From assembly GCA_035315345.1 (NCBI GenBank), contig DATFYA010000085.1, positions 2,288-66,287 of the forward strand: a DNA stretch of 64,000 nt. Direction: 5' to 3'. Numbering within the stretch: position 1 is the stretch's first letter; every line of letters begins with the position of its first letter. Below are positions 18,619 to 28,419 of the stretch, piece by piece. Under the pieces are notes generated by a model that worked only from the letters and a program-made list of their open reading frames with translations, did not search any database and was not told where the DNA came from. Made by a program: the position numbers and the translations under genes. Source of the DNA: Candidatus Methylomirabilota bacterium (GTDB lineage: Bacteria > Methylomirabilota > Methylomirabilia > Rokubacteriales > CSP1-6).

Positions 18619-19899
18619 GTGACCGGCTCCGACGATCTCTTCGAGCGCGCCCAGCGCCTCATGCCCGGGGGCGTCAACAGCCCGGTGCGGGCGTTCCGCG
18701 GCGTGGGCGGGGCCCCGTTCTTCGTGGCCCGCGGGGACGGGGCCCGCGTGTTCGACGTCGACGGCCGCTCCTACGTCGACTTTCTCGGCTCGTGGGGGCC
18801 GCTGATCCTCGGGCACGCGGCGCCGGCGGTGGTGGAAGCGCTGACCGAGGCGGTGCGCCGCGGCACCAGCTACGGCGCACCCACGCCGGGCGAGGTGGAG
18901 ATGGCCGATCTCATCGGCCGCGCGGTGCCGAGCATGGAGATGGTGCGGCTGGTCTCGTCGGGCACCGAGGCCGGGATGAGCGCGATCCGGCTCGCCCGCG
19001 GCGCCACCGGGCGCGACTTCATCATCAAGTTCGACGGCTGCTACCACGGCCACGCCGACAGCCTGCTCGTGAAGGCGGGGTCCGGCGGCGCCACCTTCGG
19101 GGTGCCGGACAGTCTCGGCGTGCCGCCCGCGTTGGCCGCGCTCACCCTGACGGTCCCGTTCAACGATCTGGACGCGGTCCGACGCCAGCTCGAGGCGCAT
19201 CCCGAGCAGGTGGCGGCGGTGATCGTGGAGCCGGTGGCCGGCAACATGGGCGTGGTCCCGCCCGCCCCCGGATTCCTCGCCGGCCTGCGCGACCTGACCG
19301 CGCGGCACGGCAGCCTGCTCATCTTCGACGAGGTGATCACCGGGTTCCGGGTCGCGTGGGGCGGCGCGCAGGCCCGTTACGGCGTGCGGCCGGACCTGAC
19401 CTGCCTCGGCAAGATCATCGGCGGGGGACTGCCGGTGGGCGCCTACGGCGGCTCGCGCCGCATCATGGAGCGGGTGTCGCCGCTGGGCGGCGTCTACCAG
19501 GCGGGGACGCTCTCCGGGAACCCGCTCGCGGTGGCGGCCGGCCTCGCCACGCTCCGCGCGCTGCAGACGCCCGGCACGTACGAGCGGCTGGAAGCCCTCG
19601 GCGCGCGTGTCGAGCGCGACGTGGTCGAGGCGGCCCGCGCGGCGGGCGTTCCGGTGACCGTGAATCGCGTCGGCTCGATGCTGACCGTCTTCTTCACCGA
19701 CGGCCCGGTGACCGACTATAGCTCCGCCAAGCGCGCCGACACCACTCGGTACGCGCGCTACTTCCACGCGATGCGAGAGGGCGGCGTGTTCCTGGCGCCC
19801 TCGCAGTTCGAGGCGGCCTTCGTCTCGCTCGCCCATCGCGACGAGGACCTGGCGGAGGCGGCCCGCGCCGGCCGCGAAGCGCTCCAGAAGGTCCGCTAG
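18619..19899 (+). CDS. hemL: glutamate-1-semialdehyde 2,1-aminomutase
   Basis: …[20 protein letters not shown]… class-III aminotransferase with PLP lysine region. GTG start. Confidence 0.95.
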   Translation: MTGSDDLFERAQRLMPGGVNSPVRAFRGVGGAPFFVARGDGARVFDVDGRSYVDFLGSWGPLILGHAAPAVVEALTEAVRRGTSYGAPTPGEVEMADLIGRAVPSMEMVRLVSSGTEAGMSAIRLARGATGRDFIIKFDGCYHGHADSLLVKAGSGGATFGVPDSLGVPPALAALTLTVPFNDLDAVRRQLEAHPEQVAAVIVEPVAGNMGVVPPAPGFLAGLRDLTARHGSLLIFDEVITGFRVAWGGAQARYGVRPDLTCLGKIIGGGLPVGAYGGSRRIMERVSPLGGVYQAGTLSGNPLAVAAGLATLRALQTPGTYERLEALGARVERDVVEAARAAGVPVTVNRVGSMLTVFFTDGPVTDYSSAKRADTTRYARYFHAMREGGVFLAPSQFEAAFVSLAHRDEDLAEAARAGREALQKVR

Positions 19900-19911
19900 C
19901 CTCGCAGAGTA

Positions 19912-19941
19912 TTGACACTTCGTTTTTTCACGTGATAGGGT
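19912..19941 (+). promoter_or_regulatory. putative promoter upstream of the act-like operon (TTGACA -35, weak -10)
   Basis: Perfect TTGACA at 19912-19917. Possible -10 GATAGG/TAGGGT 16-18 nt downstream. Sits in a 170-bp AT-richer spacer. Confidence 0.3.
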
Positions 19942-20069
19942 TCACAAGGCTGGAGCCCGGACACGCGTCGAAGAACCACCGGTCTTCATCCACGGCACGC
20001 CTCAGAGCGGGAGAGCACGTCCAGCGGGGGGCTGCGTCACCTGCCAATGCGAGTTGGGCGGAGGAGTGG

Positions 20070-23000
20070 ATGAGTGTGATGGATCGCCGGTCGTTCTTCA
20101 AGATCGTCGCCACCACCGGCGCCGCGGCGGCGACGGGCGGCTGCGGACCATCGGCAGGAACGCTCCTCCCCTACGTCGTCCCTCCCGACAACATCGTCCC
20201 CGGCGTACCGGCATATTTCTCGACGGTGTGCCGCGAGTGCCCAGCCGGATGCGGCCTCATCGCCAAGAACCGCGACGGCCGCGTGATCAAGCTCGAGGGC
20301 AACCCGGATCATCCGGTGAACACCGGCGCGCTCTGCATCCGCGGTCACGCTGGACTGCAGGCGCTCTACCATCCCGATCGGTTCCGCGGCGCGCTGGCGA
20401 AGGGCCAGCCGGTCGCCTGGGACGACGCCGAGAAGCAGGTGGCCGACAAGATCGCCGCCCTCGCCGGCGGCAAGCAGGGCGGGCGCATCGCGATCGTGAG
20501 CGGGCTCGAGACGGGAAGCCTCGGCCGGCTGATGGACGAGTGGGTGCGGCTGGTGGGCGCGCGTCCGCGTATCTCGTACGAGCCGCTCGCCTACGAGGCG
20601 GTGCGGGCGGCGAACCGCATCACGTTCGGACGGGACGCGATACCGGAGTACGCGATCGGCGAGGCTGCGTACCTGGTGTCCTTCGGCGCCGACTTCCTGG
20701 AGACGTGGCTGTCGCCGGTCGCCTACACCGCCGACTTCTCGCGCATGCACGCGTTCTACCAGGGGCGCACCGGCACCTTCGTGCACGTCGAGCCCCGGGC
20801 GTCGATGACCGCTGCCAACGCGGACGAATGGGTGCGGAACGCGCCGGGCACCGAGGGGCTGCTCGCCCTCGCCATGCTCAAGGTCGTCGTGGACGAAGGG
20901 CTCGCGACGGGCGGCGGCGATCCGAACACGCTGCGCTCGGCGACCCGCTCGGCGGACGTGGACGCGGCCGCGTCGGCCTCCGGCGTGCCCGCCGACACGA
21001 TCCGACGGGTCGCGCGGGACCTGGCGCGCTCGAAGGCGGGCCTCGTCGTCGGTGGCGGGATGGCCGGCGCCGGCTCCAGCAGCACGGACACGCTGGTCGC
21101 GATCAACCTGCTCAACGTGGCGATCGGGGCGGTGGGCCCCCGCGTCCGCTTCGGCTCGGCCTCGGCCTTCGGGCGCGCGAATCCCTATTCCGACATGGTG
21201 GCGCTGACCCAGGCGATGGCGGGCGGGCAGATCGACGTGCTGGTGCTGGTCGACGTCAACCCGGTGTATGCGATGCCTGCGAAGTCGGGCTTCGCCGACG
21301 CGCTCGGCAAGGTGCCGCTGGTCGTGGCCCTCGCGAGCCGATCGAGCGAGACGACGGCGCGCGCCGCGGTGGTGCTGCCGACCCTGCATCCGCTCGAGTC
21401 GTGGGGCGACTATTCGCCGCAGGAGGGCGTGCTCGGGCTCCTGCAGCCCGCGATGGGGCCGGTGCTGATCGAGGGCAAGCCGGTCCAGGCGAAGAACCCC
21501 GGCGACATCCTCTTGAGCGTGGGCCGTCAAGCCCTGCGGCTCGAGGAGGGCAAGGGCCCGCTGCCCTGGCCGACCTTCCGCGATTTCCTCACGGAAGAGT
21601 GGCAGAAGATGGCGCGGGCCCAGGGCAGCGCCGAGCCGTTCCCGGCCTATTGGGAGGCGGCGCTCCGGCGGGGTGGAGTGTGGCGGAACGTCCCGCCGAG
21701 CCCGATGAGCTTGCGGCCGGAGGCCGGTCGGGTTTCGGCCGCGCCCGCGCGGCTGGACGGCAACGGCTCCCACGTGCTCCTCGTGTATCCGTCGAGCCGC
21801 TTCTACGACGGCCGTGGCGCGGACCGGGCATGGCTGCAGGAAGCGCCGGACCCGATGACCCAGGTGAGCTGGGACGCCTGGGTCGAGGTGCCAACCGAGA
21901 CGGCGACCCGGATGGGGATCCGGCGCGGCGACCTGCTCACCCTGACCTCGCCGAACGGCGCGATCGAGCTGCCCGCCTATCCGACCGATCTCGTGCACCC
22001 CGGGGCGGTGGCGGTGCCCATGGGACAGGGGCGCAAGCTGTCGGGTGCCTATGCGGCCGGGACGCCGTCGACGGCGGCCAGCAACCCGCAGCCCAGCACG
22101 TTCCTGAACGTGGGAGCGAATCCCGTCGATCTCCTCGGGTCGACGCCCGATCCCGCGTCGGGTGGTCCCATCTACCTCGGCGTGAAGGTGTCGCTGGCGC
22201 AGACCGGAGGGCGGCGCGCCCTCGCGGTGCCGCAGGCCACGTTCGATCAGGACGAGCGCGAGCTCGCGCAGTACGTGGGCCTCACCGCCGCCCGCGAGCT
22301 GGACCTGCGCGGACGGGCCCCGGCCGACGCCAGTCATCCGAGCATGTATCCGCCGATGAAGTACGCCGAGTACAAGTGGGGCATGACGGTGGACGTGGAC
22401 CGCTGCACCGGCTGCTCGGCGTGCGTGGTCGCCTGTCAGAGCGAGAACAACGTCCCGGTGGTGGGACGCGAGCAGGCGGCCTACGGGCGCATCCAGCACT
22501 GGCTGCGGCTGGAGCGCTGGCAGGAGGGCACCGCCGCGCAGCCGCTCAACATGTTCATGCCGATGTTCTGCCAGCACTGCGAGGTGGCGCCGTGCGAGCC
22601 GGTGTGCCCGGTCTACGCGGCCTACCACACCCGGGAGGGCCTGAACGGGCAGGTCTACAACCGGTGCGTGGGCACGCGGTACTGCGGCAACGCGTGCCCG
22701 TACCACGTCCGGCGCTTCAACTGGTTCAACTACACGTGGCCGGCCCCGCTCGACCAGCAGCTGAATCCGGACGTGACGGTGCGCGAGGCCGGTGTGATGG
22801 AGAAGTGCACGATGTGCCTGCAGCGCATCGTGGCCGCCAAGGCGCAGGCGCGCGATGACGGGCGGGCGGTGCGCGACGGCGACATGCAGACCGCCTGTCA
22901 GCAGACGTGCCCGACCCGCGCGATCACCTTCGGCAACCTGAAGGACGCCAACGCGGAGAGCGCCAAGCTGGCGCGGTCGCCCCGCGGCTACCACGTGCTC

Positions 23001-23096
23001 GGGGAGATCGGGACCCAGCCCAGCGTGACCTATCTCAAGAAGGTCGTGCGCACCGAGCCCGCCGGCGGCCACAAGGCCCCCGGAGGCCACGCGTGA
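20070..23096 (+). CDS. actB: alternative-complex-III-like subunit ActB (Tat-exported molybdopterin-oxidoreductase-like domain fused to a 4x[4Fe-4S] ferredoxin domain)
   Basis: GGAGGAG RBS. Twin-arginine signal MDRRSFFKIVATTGAAAA. N-terminal half molybdopterin-oxidoreductase-like. C-terminal half has CxxCxxCxxxC clusters (CTGCSACVVACQSE…, CQHCEVAPCEPVCP…, CVGTRYCGNACP…). About 1008 aa. Confidence 0.7.
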   Translation: MSVMDRRSFFKIVATTGAAAATGGCGPSAGTLLPYVVPPDNIVPGVPAYFSTVCRECPAGCGLIAKNRDGRVIKLEGNPDHPVNTGALCIRGHAGLQALYHPDRFRGALAKGQPVAWDDAEKQVADKIAALAGGKQGGRIAIVSGLETGSLGRLMDEWVRLVGARPRISYEPLAYEAVRAANRITFGRDAIPEYAIGEAAYLVSFGADFLETWLSPVAYTADFSRMHAFYQGRTGTFVHVEPRASMTAANADEWVRNAPGTEGLLALAMLKVVVDEGLATGGGDPNTLRSATRSADVDAAASASGVPADTIRRVARDLARSKAGLVVGGGMAGAGSSSTDTLVAINLLNVAIGAVGPRVRFGSASAFGRANPYSDMVALTQAMAGGQIDVLVLVDVNPVYAMPAKSGFADALGKVPLVVALASRSSETTARAAVVLPTLHPLESWGDYSPQEGVLGLLQPAMGPVLIEGKPVQAKNPGDILLSVGRQALRLEEGKGPLPWPTFRDFLTEEWQKMARAQGSAEPFPAYWEAALRRGGVWRNVPPSPMSLRPEAGRVSAAPARLDGNGSHVLLVYPSSRFYDGRGADRAWLQEAPDPMTQVSWDAWVEVPTETATRMGIRRGDLLTLTSPNGAIELPAYPTDLVHPGAVAVPMGQGRKLSGAYAAGTPSTAASNPQPSTFLNVGANPVDLLGSTPDPASGGPIYLGVKVSLAQTGGRRALAVPQATFDQDERELAQYVGLTAARELDLRGRAPADASHPSMYPPMKYAEYKWGMTVDVDRCTGCSACVVACQSENNVPVVGREQAAYGRIQHWLRLERWQEGTAAQPLNMFMPMFCQHCEVAPCEPVCPVYAAYHTREGLNGQVYNRCVGTRYCGNACPYHVRRFNWFNYTWPAPLDQQLNPDVTVREAGVMEKCTMCLQRIVAAKAQARDDGRAVRDGDMQTACQQTCPTRAITFGNLKDANAESAKLARSPRGYHVLGEIGTQPSVTYLKKVVRTEPAGGHKAPGGHA

Positions 23097-24445
23097 GCGC
23101 TCCTCCGGCCGGCGCCGCGCAGCCCACGTGGGCCGACGTCAACCACGATGTCGACCGGACGCTGCTGACCGCGGGTAACACCTACTTCGCGTGGATGACG
23201 CTCATCGCGCTCATCCTCGCCGCCGGCGTGGCCGCGTGGGCCTGGCAGATCTGGGTCGGCTTGGGCGCGGCCGGTATCCGGACGCCGCAGATGTGGGCGC
23301 TCTACATCACCAACTTCGTGTTCTGGATCGGTATCGGCCACGCGGGCACGCTGATCTCCGCCATCCTGTATCTCTTCCGGGCGAAGTGGCGCACCTCGAT
23401 CTACCGGGGCGCGGAGGCCATGACCGTCTTCGCGGTCATGACCGCGGGGCTGTTTCCGCTGATCCACGTCGGGCGCATGTGGTTCGCCTACTGGCTCATG
23501 CCCTATCCGAACCAGCGCTACCTCTGGCCGAACTTCAAGTCGCCCCTCATCTGGGACGTGTTCGCGATCTCGACCTATCTGACCATCAGCGTGGTCTTCT
23601 TCATCGTGGGCCTCGTGCCGGACATCGCGGCGATCCGCGACCGGTCCACCGGGCTCAAGCGGAAGGTCTTCGCGGTCTGCGCGCTCGGCTGGGAGGGGAG
23701 CGACTGGCAGTGGCGGCACTACCGTCGCGCCTACGGACTGCTCGCCGCGCTGGCGACCCCCCTCGTGCTCTCCGTGCACAGCGTGGTGTCGTTCGACTTC
23801 GCGATGGCCCTGATCCCCGGCTGGCACTCGAGCCTGTTCGCCCCGTTCTTCGTGGACGGAGCCATCTTCTCGGGCTTCGCCATGGTGCTGATCCTCATCA
23901 TCCCCATGCGCGCCGTGTTCGGCTGGCACGCCTACATCACCGACCGGCATCTGGACGCGATGGCCAAGCTGACCCTGGTCACCAGCCTGGTGCTGACCTA
24001 CTTCTATCTCTGCGAGTCGGGCACCGCGTGGTACAGCGGCGAGGTGTACGAGCGGGCGTCGCTCTTCGCGCGGGCCTTCAAGGCCTACACGTTCACCTTC
24101 TGGCTGCAGTACATCTGCAACTCGCTGATCCCCCTCGTGCTCTTCTGGCGGAAGGCGCGGACCAACCTGGTGATCCTGTACGTGGTGTCGATCTTCGTCC
24201 TCATCGGCATGTGGCTCGAGCGATTCAACATCATCGTCCCCGGTCTGGGCTATGACTTCTATCCGTACACGTGGGGCGTGTACCTGCCGCGCGTCGTGGA
24301 CACCACGATCACGGTGGCCTCCTTCGCGTGGTTCTTCCTGCTGTTCCTGGGCTTCATCCGCGTGATGCCGTCGCTGTCGATCGTGGAGGTCAAGGAAGTC
24401 TTGCCCCATCCGCTCAAGCACGGCGCCCATGGAGGCCATCACTGA
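23093..24445 (+). CDS. actC: NrfD/PsrC-family polytopic membrane subunit (ActC-like quinol-interacting subunit)
   Basis: GTGA overlap with actB. About 10 predicted TM helices, NrfD-like. Confidence 0.7.
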   Translation: MSAPPAGAAQPTWADVNHDVDRTLLTAGNTYFAWMTLIALILAAGVAAWAWQIWVGLGAAGIRTPQMWALYITNFVFWIGIGHAGTLISAILYLFRAKWRTSIYRGAEAMTVFAVMTAGLFPLIHVGRMWFAYWLMPYPNQRYLWPNFKSPLIWDVFAISTYLTISVVFFIVGLVPDIAAIRDRSTGLKRKVFAVCALGWEGSDWQWRHYRRAYGLLAALATPLVLSVHSVVSFDFAMALIPGWHSSLFAPFFVDGAIFSGFAMVLILIIPMRAVFGWHAYITDRHLDAMAKLTLVTSLVLTYFYLCESGTAWYSGEVYERASLFARAFKAYTFTFWLQYICNSLIPLVLFWRKARTNLVILYVVSIFVLIGMWLERFNIIVPGLGYDFYPYTWGVYLPRVVDTTITVASFAWFFLLFLGFIRVMPSLSIVEVKEVLPHPLKHGAHGGHH

Positions 24446-24953
24446 GATGGCGACCGCCAACGTGCTCGGGGTGTTCGCGCACGTCGACACCACGCTCCAG
24501 GCCATCCGGGACCTGCGGGCCAAGGGCTTCGGGGACCTGACCGTCTACACCCCGGTTCCGGTGGAGGAGATCGAGGAGGAGGTGGAGAGTGTCCGCCCCG
24601 TGTCCTCGGTCCGGCTCTTCACGCTGGTCGGCGGCCTCACCGGCACCGCGACCGGCTTCTTCCTGACGATCTGGACCTCGCTGAAGTGGGAGCTGCTCAC
24701 CGGCGGGAAGGCGGTCGTGTCCATCCCGCCCTTCATCATCATCGCCTTCGAGCTGACCATCCTCCTGGGCGGGCTGGCCAGCGCCCTCGCCATCCTGGTC
24801 CTGGGACGCCTGCCGAAGCTGCGGCCGTCGGCCACCTACGATCCGCGCTTCACCCTGGATCGCTTCGGGGTCGCGGTGGCGTGCCCGGCCGACAAGGTGG
24901 ACTCGGTGAGCTCGGTGCTGTCCGGCGCGGGCGCGGAAGAGGTCCGGCGATGA
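24429..24953 (+). CDS. actD: ActD-like small membrane subunit (DUF3341 family)
   Basis: 174 aa, two TM helices, N-terminal …ANVLGVFAHVDTTLQAIRDLRAKGF… resembles DUF3341. Position fits ActD. Confidence 0.55.
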   Translation: MEAITEMATANVLGVFAHVDTTLQAIRDLRAKGFGDLTVYTPVPVEEIEEEVESVRPVSSVRLFTLVGGLTGTATGFFLTIWTSLKWELLTGGKAVVSIPPFIIIAFELTILLGGLASALAILVLGRLPKLRPSATYDPRFTLDRFGVAVACPADKVDSVSSVLSGAGAEEVRR

Positions 24954-25456
24954 TGAAGTGGGTGTTCGTGCTGTCGCTGCTGGTGGTGGGGGCCTTCGGC
25001 GGCTGGCTCGCGCTGAACGTGGTGCACTGGTGGCAGACCGACATGTTCCACACGCAGCGGGTGATGCCCGGCGAGGCGGCCTACTCGATGCCGACCGGCA
25101 GCCTTCCGCGCAACGGCGGCCAGATGTACTACTCGCCGGCGGATCGTGATGCCGCCGCGGCCCGGCGCAATCCGATCGCGGCCACCACCCAGTCGGTGAG
25201 CCGCGGCGGAGAGCTCTTCGCGATCTACTGCACGCCGTGCCACGGGGCCAGCGGCAAGGGTGACGGCCCCGTGTCCACGAAGTTCGTCCCGCCGGCCGAC
25301 CTCACGAACCCGGAGCTGCAGAAGGTCCGCACCGATGGGTACTGGGAGAGCTACCTGAGCGTCGGCGGCGCGGTCATGCCCTCGTACGGCGAGGCCCTGA
25401 CGCCCGACGAGCGGTGGGCGATCGTGAACTACGTGCGAACGCTGGCCAAGAAATGA
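24950..25456 (+). CDS. actE: monohaem c-type cytochrome (ActE-like)
   Basis: Signal/anchor then a single CTPCH haem-binding motif with downstream Met. ATGATGA overlap with actD. Confidence 0.65.
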   Translation: MMKWVFVLSLLVVGAFGGWLALNVVHWWQTDMFHTQRVMPGEAAYSMPTGSLPRNGGQMYYSPADRDAAAARRNPIAATTQSVSRGGELFAIYCTPCHGASGKGDGPVSTKFVPPADLTNPELQKVRTDGYWESYLSVGGAVMPSYGEALTPDERWAIVNYVRTLAKK

Positions 25457-26598
25457 GCGCGAACACGACCGTGTCGGCCGCTCCGGTCCCGCGCGTGCCC
25501 CAGCCGCTGCTGGTCCTGCTGGCCGCCCTCGGGATCGTCGCCTTCCTCTACGGCATCACCCAGGGCCAGCCGCTCCGGACCTGGATGATCTACCTGATCA
25601 ACCTGCTGTTCTGGTCGAGCCTGGCCATCACCGGGCCCGCCATCGCCGGCATGATCCAGGTGACGGAGGGGCGCTGGTCGCCCACCATCAAGCGGATCGC
25701 GCTGACGACCGCCGGCTTCCTGCCGGTGTCGTTCGTGCTCTTCCTCGTGCTGTTCGCGGGGCGGGCGGTCCTGTACCCGTGGGTGAGCCATCCGCTGCCC
25801 AACAAGGCGGCCTGGCTGAACGTGCCGTTCATGTCGCTGCGCATCGGCATCGGCGTGCTGCTGCTGTACTGGGTGGCCATGCGCTACACCAAGGCGGTGT
25901 TCGCGGCCGACCAGGCCGGCATCCCGGCCGAGGTGGGCAACGACCGGCTGATGCGGCTCAGCACCATCATGCTGATCCTGTACGTGGTGGTGCTGTCGCT
26001 CTGGGGCTTCGACCTCATCATGTCGCTCGATCCCATCTGGTACAGCGGCCTGCTCGGCGGCTACTACGTGGTGAGCTCGATGTACACCGGCTTCGGCCTC
26101 GTGACCTACCTCACGCTGCGCTACAACCAGGCGGGCGTGACCGCGGTCGCCCCGAAGGCCATCCAGGACGTCACCAAGCTCACGTTCGCGCTGAGCATCG
26201 TGTGGATGTACTTCTTCTTCTCGCAGTACCTGATCATCTGGTACGGCAACGTGCCGAACGAGACCCGCTTCTTCGTGCTGGGCTTCCTGCAGCAGCCGTG
26301 GGGGCGCCTGGCCTGGGCCATCTTCATCGTCGGCTGGCTGATCCCGTTCTCGTATCTGCTCAAGCGCCTCACCGGGCGGCCTCCCACGCGGCACAAGGTC
26401 CTCACCGTGATCCTCTGGATGGGCTGGATCGCGATCTTCTTCGAGCGGGTGCTCGTCGTCTCGGTGTCCCTCAAGCAGACCGCGATCCCGCACGGCATCA
26501 TCGAGGTCCTGGTCACGCTCGGCTTCTTCGCGCTGTTCATGCTGAGCCGCACCTGGTTCCTCGCTCGCTACAAGCCGGTCCTGAACCTGTCCCGGTAG
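25453..26598 (+). CDS. actF: polytopic membrane subunit (ActF-like, NrfD-related)
   Basis: ATGA overlap with actE. About 10 TM helices. Final gene of the cluster. Confidence 0.55.
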   Translation: MSANTTVSAAPVPRVPQPLLVLLAALGIVAFLYGITQGQPLRTWMIYLINLLFWSSLAITGPAIAGMIQVTEGRWSPTIKRIALTTAGFLPVSFVLFLVLFAGRAVLYPWVSHPLPNKAAWLNVPFMSLRIGIGVLLLYWVAMRYTKAVFAADQAGIPAEVGNDRLMRLSTIMLILYVVVLSLWGFDLIMSLDPIWYSGLLGGYYVVSSMYTGFGLVTYLTLRYNQAGVTAVAPKAIQDVTKLTFALSIVWMYFFFSQYLIIWYGNVPNETRFFVLGFLQQPWGRLAWAIFIVGWLIPFSYLLKRLTGRPPTRHKVLTVILWMGWIAIFFERVLVVSVSLKQTAIPHGIIEVLVTLGFFALFMLSRTWFLARYKPVLNLSR

Positions 26599-26640
26599 GT
26601 CGGGCCGCGGGCGGAGCGGCCGCGCGGTAGAATACGCGGC

Positions 26641-27867
26641 GTGATCTCCGTCGAAGAGGCCCTCGACCGCATTCTCTCCCGCGTGGCGCCGCTGGGCGAC
26701 GAGCGCGTCGCGCTCCCCCAGAGCCTCCACCGCGTGCTCGCCGAGGACATCGACAGTCCGCGCGACATGCCGCCCTGGCCGGCCTCCTCGATGGACGGCT
26801 ACGCGCTTCGCAGCGACGACACCGGCGCGGCCGCCGCCAGGTCTCCCGCCCGCCTGGCGGTGGCCGGGCGCGTGCCGGCGGGCGCCATGGCCGAGCGCCC
26901 GCTCCGGGCCGGCGAGGCCTTCCGGATCTTCACGGGGGCGCCGCTACCCGAGGGCGCGGACTCGGTGATCCCCCAGGAGGACGTCACCGAGGAGGGCGGC
27001 GCGCTGCTGGTGCCCCGCCCCGTGAGCGCCGGCGACTTCGTGCGCCCGCGCGGTGAGGACATGACGCGGGGCGATCGGGTCCTCGAGCGGGGGCGCGTGC
27101 TCAGCGCCGCCGACATCGGCCTGCTCGCCACCGTCGGGCGGGCGCGGGTGAGCGTGATCCGTCGGCCGCGCGTCGGGATCCTGTCCACCGGCGACGAGCT
27201 GGTGGATCTGGGCGGGCGCATCGGTCCCGGTCAGATCCCGAACTCCAACAGCTACTCGCTCGTGGCCCAGGTGCTCGAGGCCTTTGCCGAGCCGGTGAGC
27301 CTCGGCATCGCGGGGGATCGCCTGGAGGATATCGAGGGTCGGCTGCGCTGGGGGCTCGGGTGCGATCTGGTGATGTCCTCCGCCGGCGTCTCGGTCGGCG
27401 AGCACGACTTCGTGAAGGACGCGCTGGCCCGTCTCGGCGCCGAGCAGCATCTCTGGCTGGTGGACATGCGTCCCGGAAAGCCGATCGCGTTCTCCACGAT
27501 CCCGCAGGACGGCAAGGCCGCGCTGGCCCTCTTCGCGCTGCCGGGCAACCCGGTCTCCGCCATGGTGACCTTCGAGCTGTTCGTGCGCCCCGCCCTCCTC
27601 CGCATGGCCGGGCACTCGCGCCTGCAGCGGCCGACCATCACCGCGCACGCGCTCGCCGCGATCAAGAACGGCGACAGCCGCCGCGGCTATCTGCGCGTGA
27701 CCCTCACGCCCGACGGCGACGGCTATGGCGCGCGCCTCACCGGCACGCAGAGCTCGGGCGTCCTCCGCTCGATGGTCGCCGCCGACGGCCTCGCCGTCGT
27801 CCCCGGCCGCACGACGATAGAGCCGGGCCAGCCCGTGAAGGTGATCGTCCTCCGGCAAGGCCTGTAG
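26641..27867 (+). CDS. moeA: molybdopterin molybdenumtransferase
   Basis: …SVEEALDRILSRV…PWPASSMDGYAL… and the GGTG-like motif (…STGDELV…). 408 aa. GTG start. Confidence 0.9.
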   Translation: MISVEEALDRILSRVAPLGDERVALPQSLHRVLAEDIDSPRDMPPWPASSMDGYALRSDDTGAAAARSPARLAVAGRVPAGAMAERPLRAGEAFRIFTGAPLPEGADSVIPQEDVTEEGGALLVPRPVSAGDFVRPRGEDMTRGDRVLERGRVLSAADIGLLATVGRARVSVIRRPRVGILSTGDELVDLGGRIGPGQIPNSNSYSLVAQVLEAFAEPVSLGIAGDRLEDIEGRLRWGLGCDLVMSSAGVSVGEHDFVKDALARLGAEQHLWLVDMRPGKPIAFSTIPQDGKAALALFALPGNPVSAMVTFELFVRPALLRMAGHSRLQRPTITAHALAAIKNGDSRRGYLRVTLTPDGDGYGARLTGTQSSGVLRSMVAADGLAVVPGRTTIEPGQPVKVIVLRQGL

Positions 27868-27900
27868 CACCTCAGCGCGCGGAGCGGGAGGGGCCGGCGG

Positions 27901-28032
27901 CGGGGCGGGGTGGTGGCTCGCGGACCACGAGGCGCGATCTCGTCTCGACGGGGTAGCAGTTCCCATTCTGGGAGGCGAGGCTCCTGGCGATCGTTGGCAG
28001 GAACGGGTCCGTCGAGCCACCACCCCGCCCCG
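27901..28032 (+). mobile_element. MITE-like palindromic element, copy 1 (132 bp; 20-bp perfect terminal inverted repeats CGGGGCGGGGTGGTGGCTCG / CGAGCCACCACCCCGCCCCG)
   Basis: Terminal inverted repeats, subterminal CGGACC/GGTCCG and an internal hairpin TCCCATTCTGGGA, all read directly. No ORF of its own. Confidence 0.6.
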
Positions 28033-28065
28033 CCGCCGGCCCCTCCCGTTCGCCCTTGGGCGGCG

Positions 28066-28135
28066 TCAGGATTTGCGGAGGAACATCCACCAGAGTGTGA
28101 GGCAGGCGCCGGCGCACATCGATTCGAAGGTCAGG
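28066..28135 (-). repeat. duplicated copy (about 90% identity) of the 3' end of yeeE/yedE (last about 23 codons plus stop)
   Basis: 28066-28135 matches 28457-28530 (…AGGCTCCTGACCTTCGAATCGATGTGCGCCGGCGCCTGCCTCACACTCTGGTGGATGTTCCTCCGCAAATCCTGA on the minus strand). It encodes …LLTFESMCAGACLTLWWMFLRKS*. Confidence 0.7.
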
Positions 28136-28148
28136 AGCCTGCCGGCGG

Positions 28149-28228
28149 TGGGGCGGGGAGTGGCTCGCGGACCACGAGGCGCGATCTCGCCTCGACGGGG
28201 GTAGCAGTTCCCATTCTTGGAGGCGAGG
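28149..28228 (+). mobile_element. MITE-like element, copy 2 (left half only, about 80 bp)
   Basis: GGGGCGGGGAGTGGCTCGCGGACCACGAGGCGCGATCTCGCCTCGACGGGGGTAGCAGTTCCCATTCTTGGAGGCGAGG equals the left arm of copy 1. It ends abruptly at the duplicated moeA tail. Confidence 0.55.
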
Positions 28229-28257
28229 TGATCGTCCTCCGGCAGGGTCTGTAACAC
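28229..28257 (+). repeat. duplicated copy of the last 9 codons plus stop of moeA
   Basis: TGATCGTCCTCCGGCAGGGTCTGTAACAC versus moeA 27842-27870 TGATCGTCCTCCGGCAAGGCCTGTAGCAC. Confidence 0.7.
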
Positions 28258-28286
28258 TCCAGCGGGAAGGGCGGGAGGCGGGGCCG

Positions 28287-28419
28287 CGGGGCGGGGTGGT
28301 GGCTCGACGGACCCGTTCCTGCCAGCGATCGCCAGGAACCTCGCCTTCCAGATTGGGAACTGCTACCCGCGAGGAGACGAGATCGCGCCTCGTGGTCCGC
28401 GAGCCACCACCCCGCCCCG
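28287..28419 (-). mobile_element. MITE-like element, copy 3 (133 bp, inverted relative to copy 1, about 90% identity)
   Basis: Same 20-bp terminal inverted repeats. The interior is the reverse complement of copy 1 with a few substitutions. Confidence 0.6.

Noticed and set aside
20070-23096. Interpretation as a formate dehydrogenase/polysulfide reductase catalytic subunit (PsrA/FdhA)
   Set aside because: Fusion of the Mo-like domain with the four-cluster ferredoxin domain in a single about 1000-aa polypeptide, plus the NrfD-like, DUF3341, monohaem cytochrome c and second NrfD-like subunits, is the ACIII pattern. PsrABC/FdhABC keep the ferredoxin subunit separate. Metal-site residues could not be verified by eye, so this is kept as a caveat.
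26599-26640. Possible terminator hairpin (GCCGCG-N10-CGCGGC) after actF
   Set aside because: It has a short stem, a long loop and no downstream T-tract. moeA starts immediately, so read-through or coupling is more likely.
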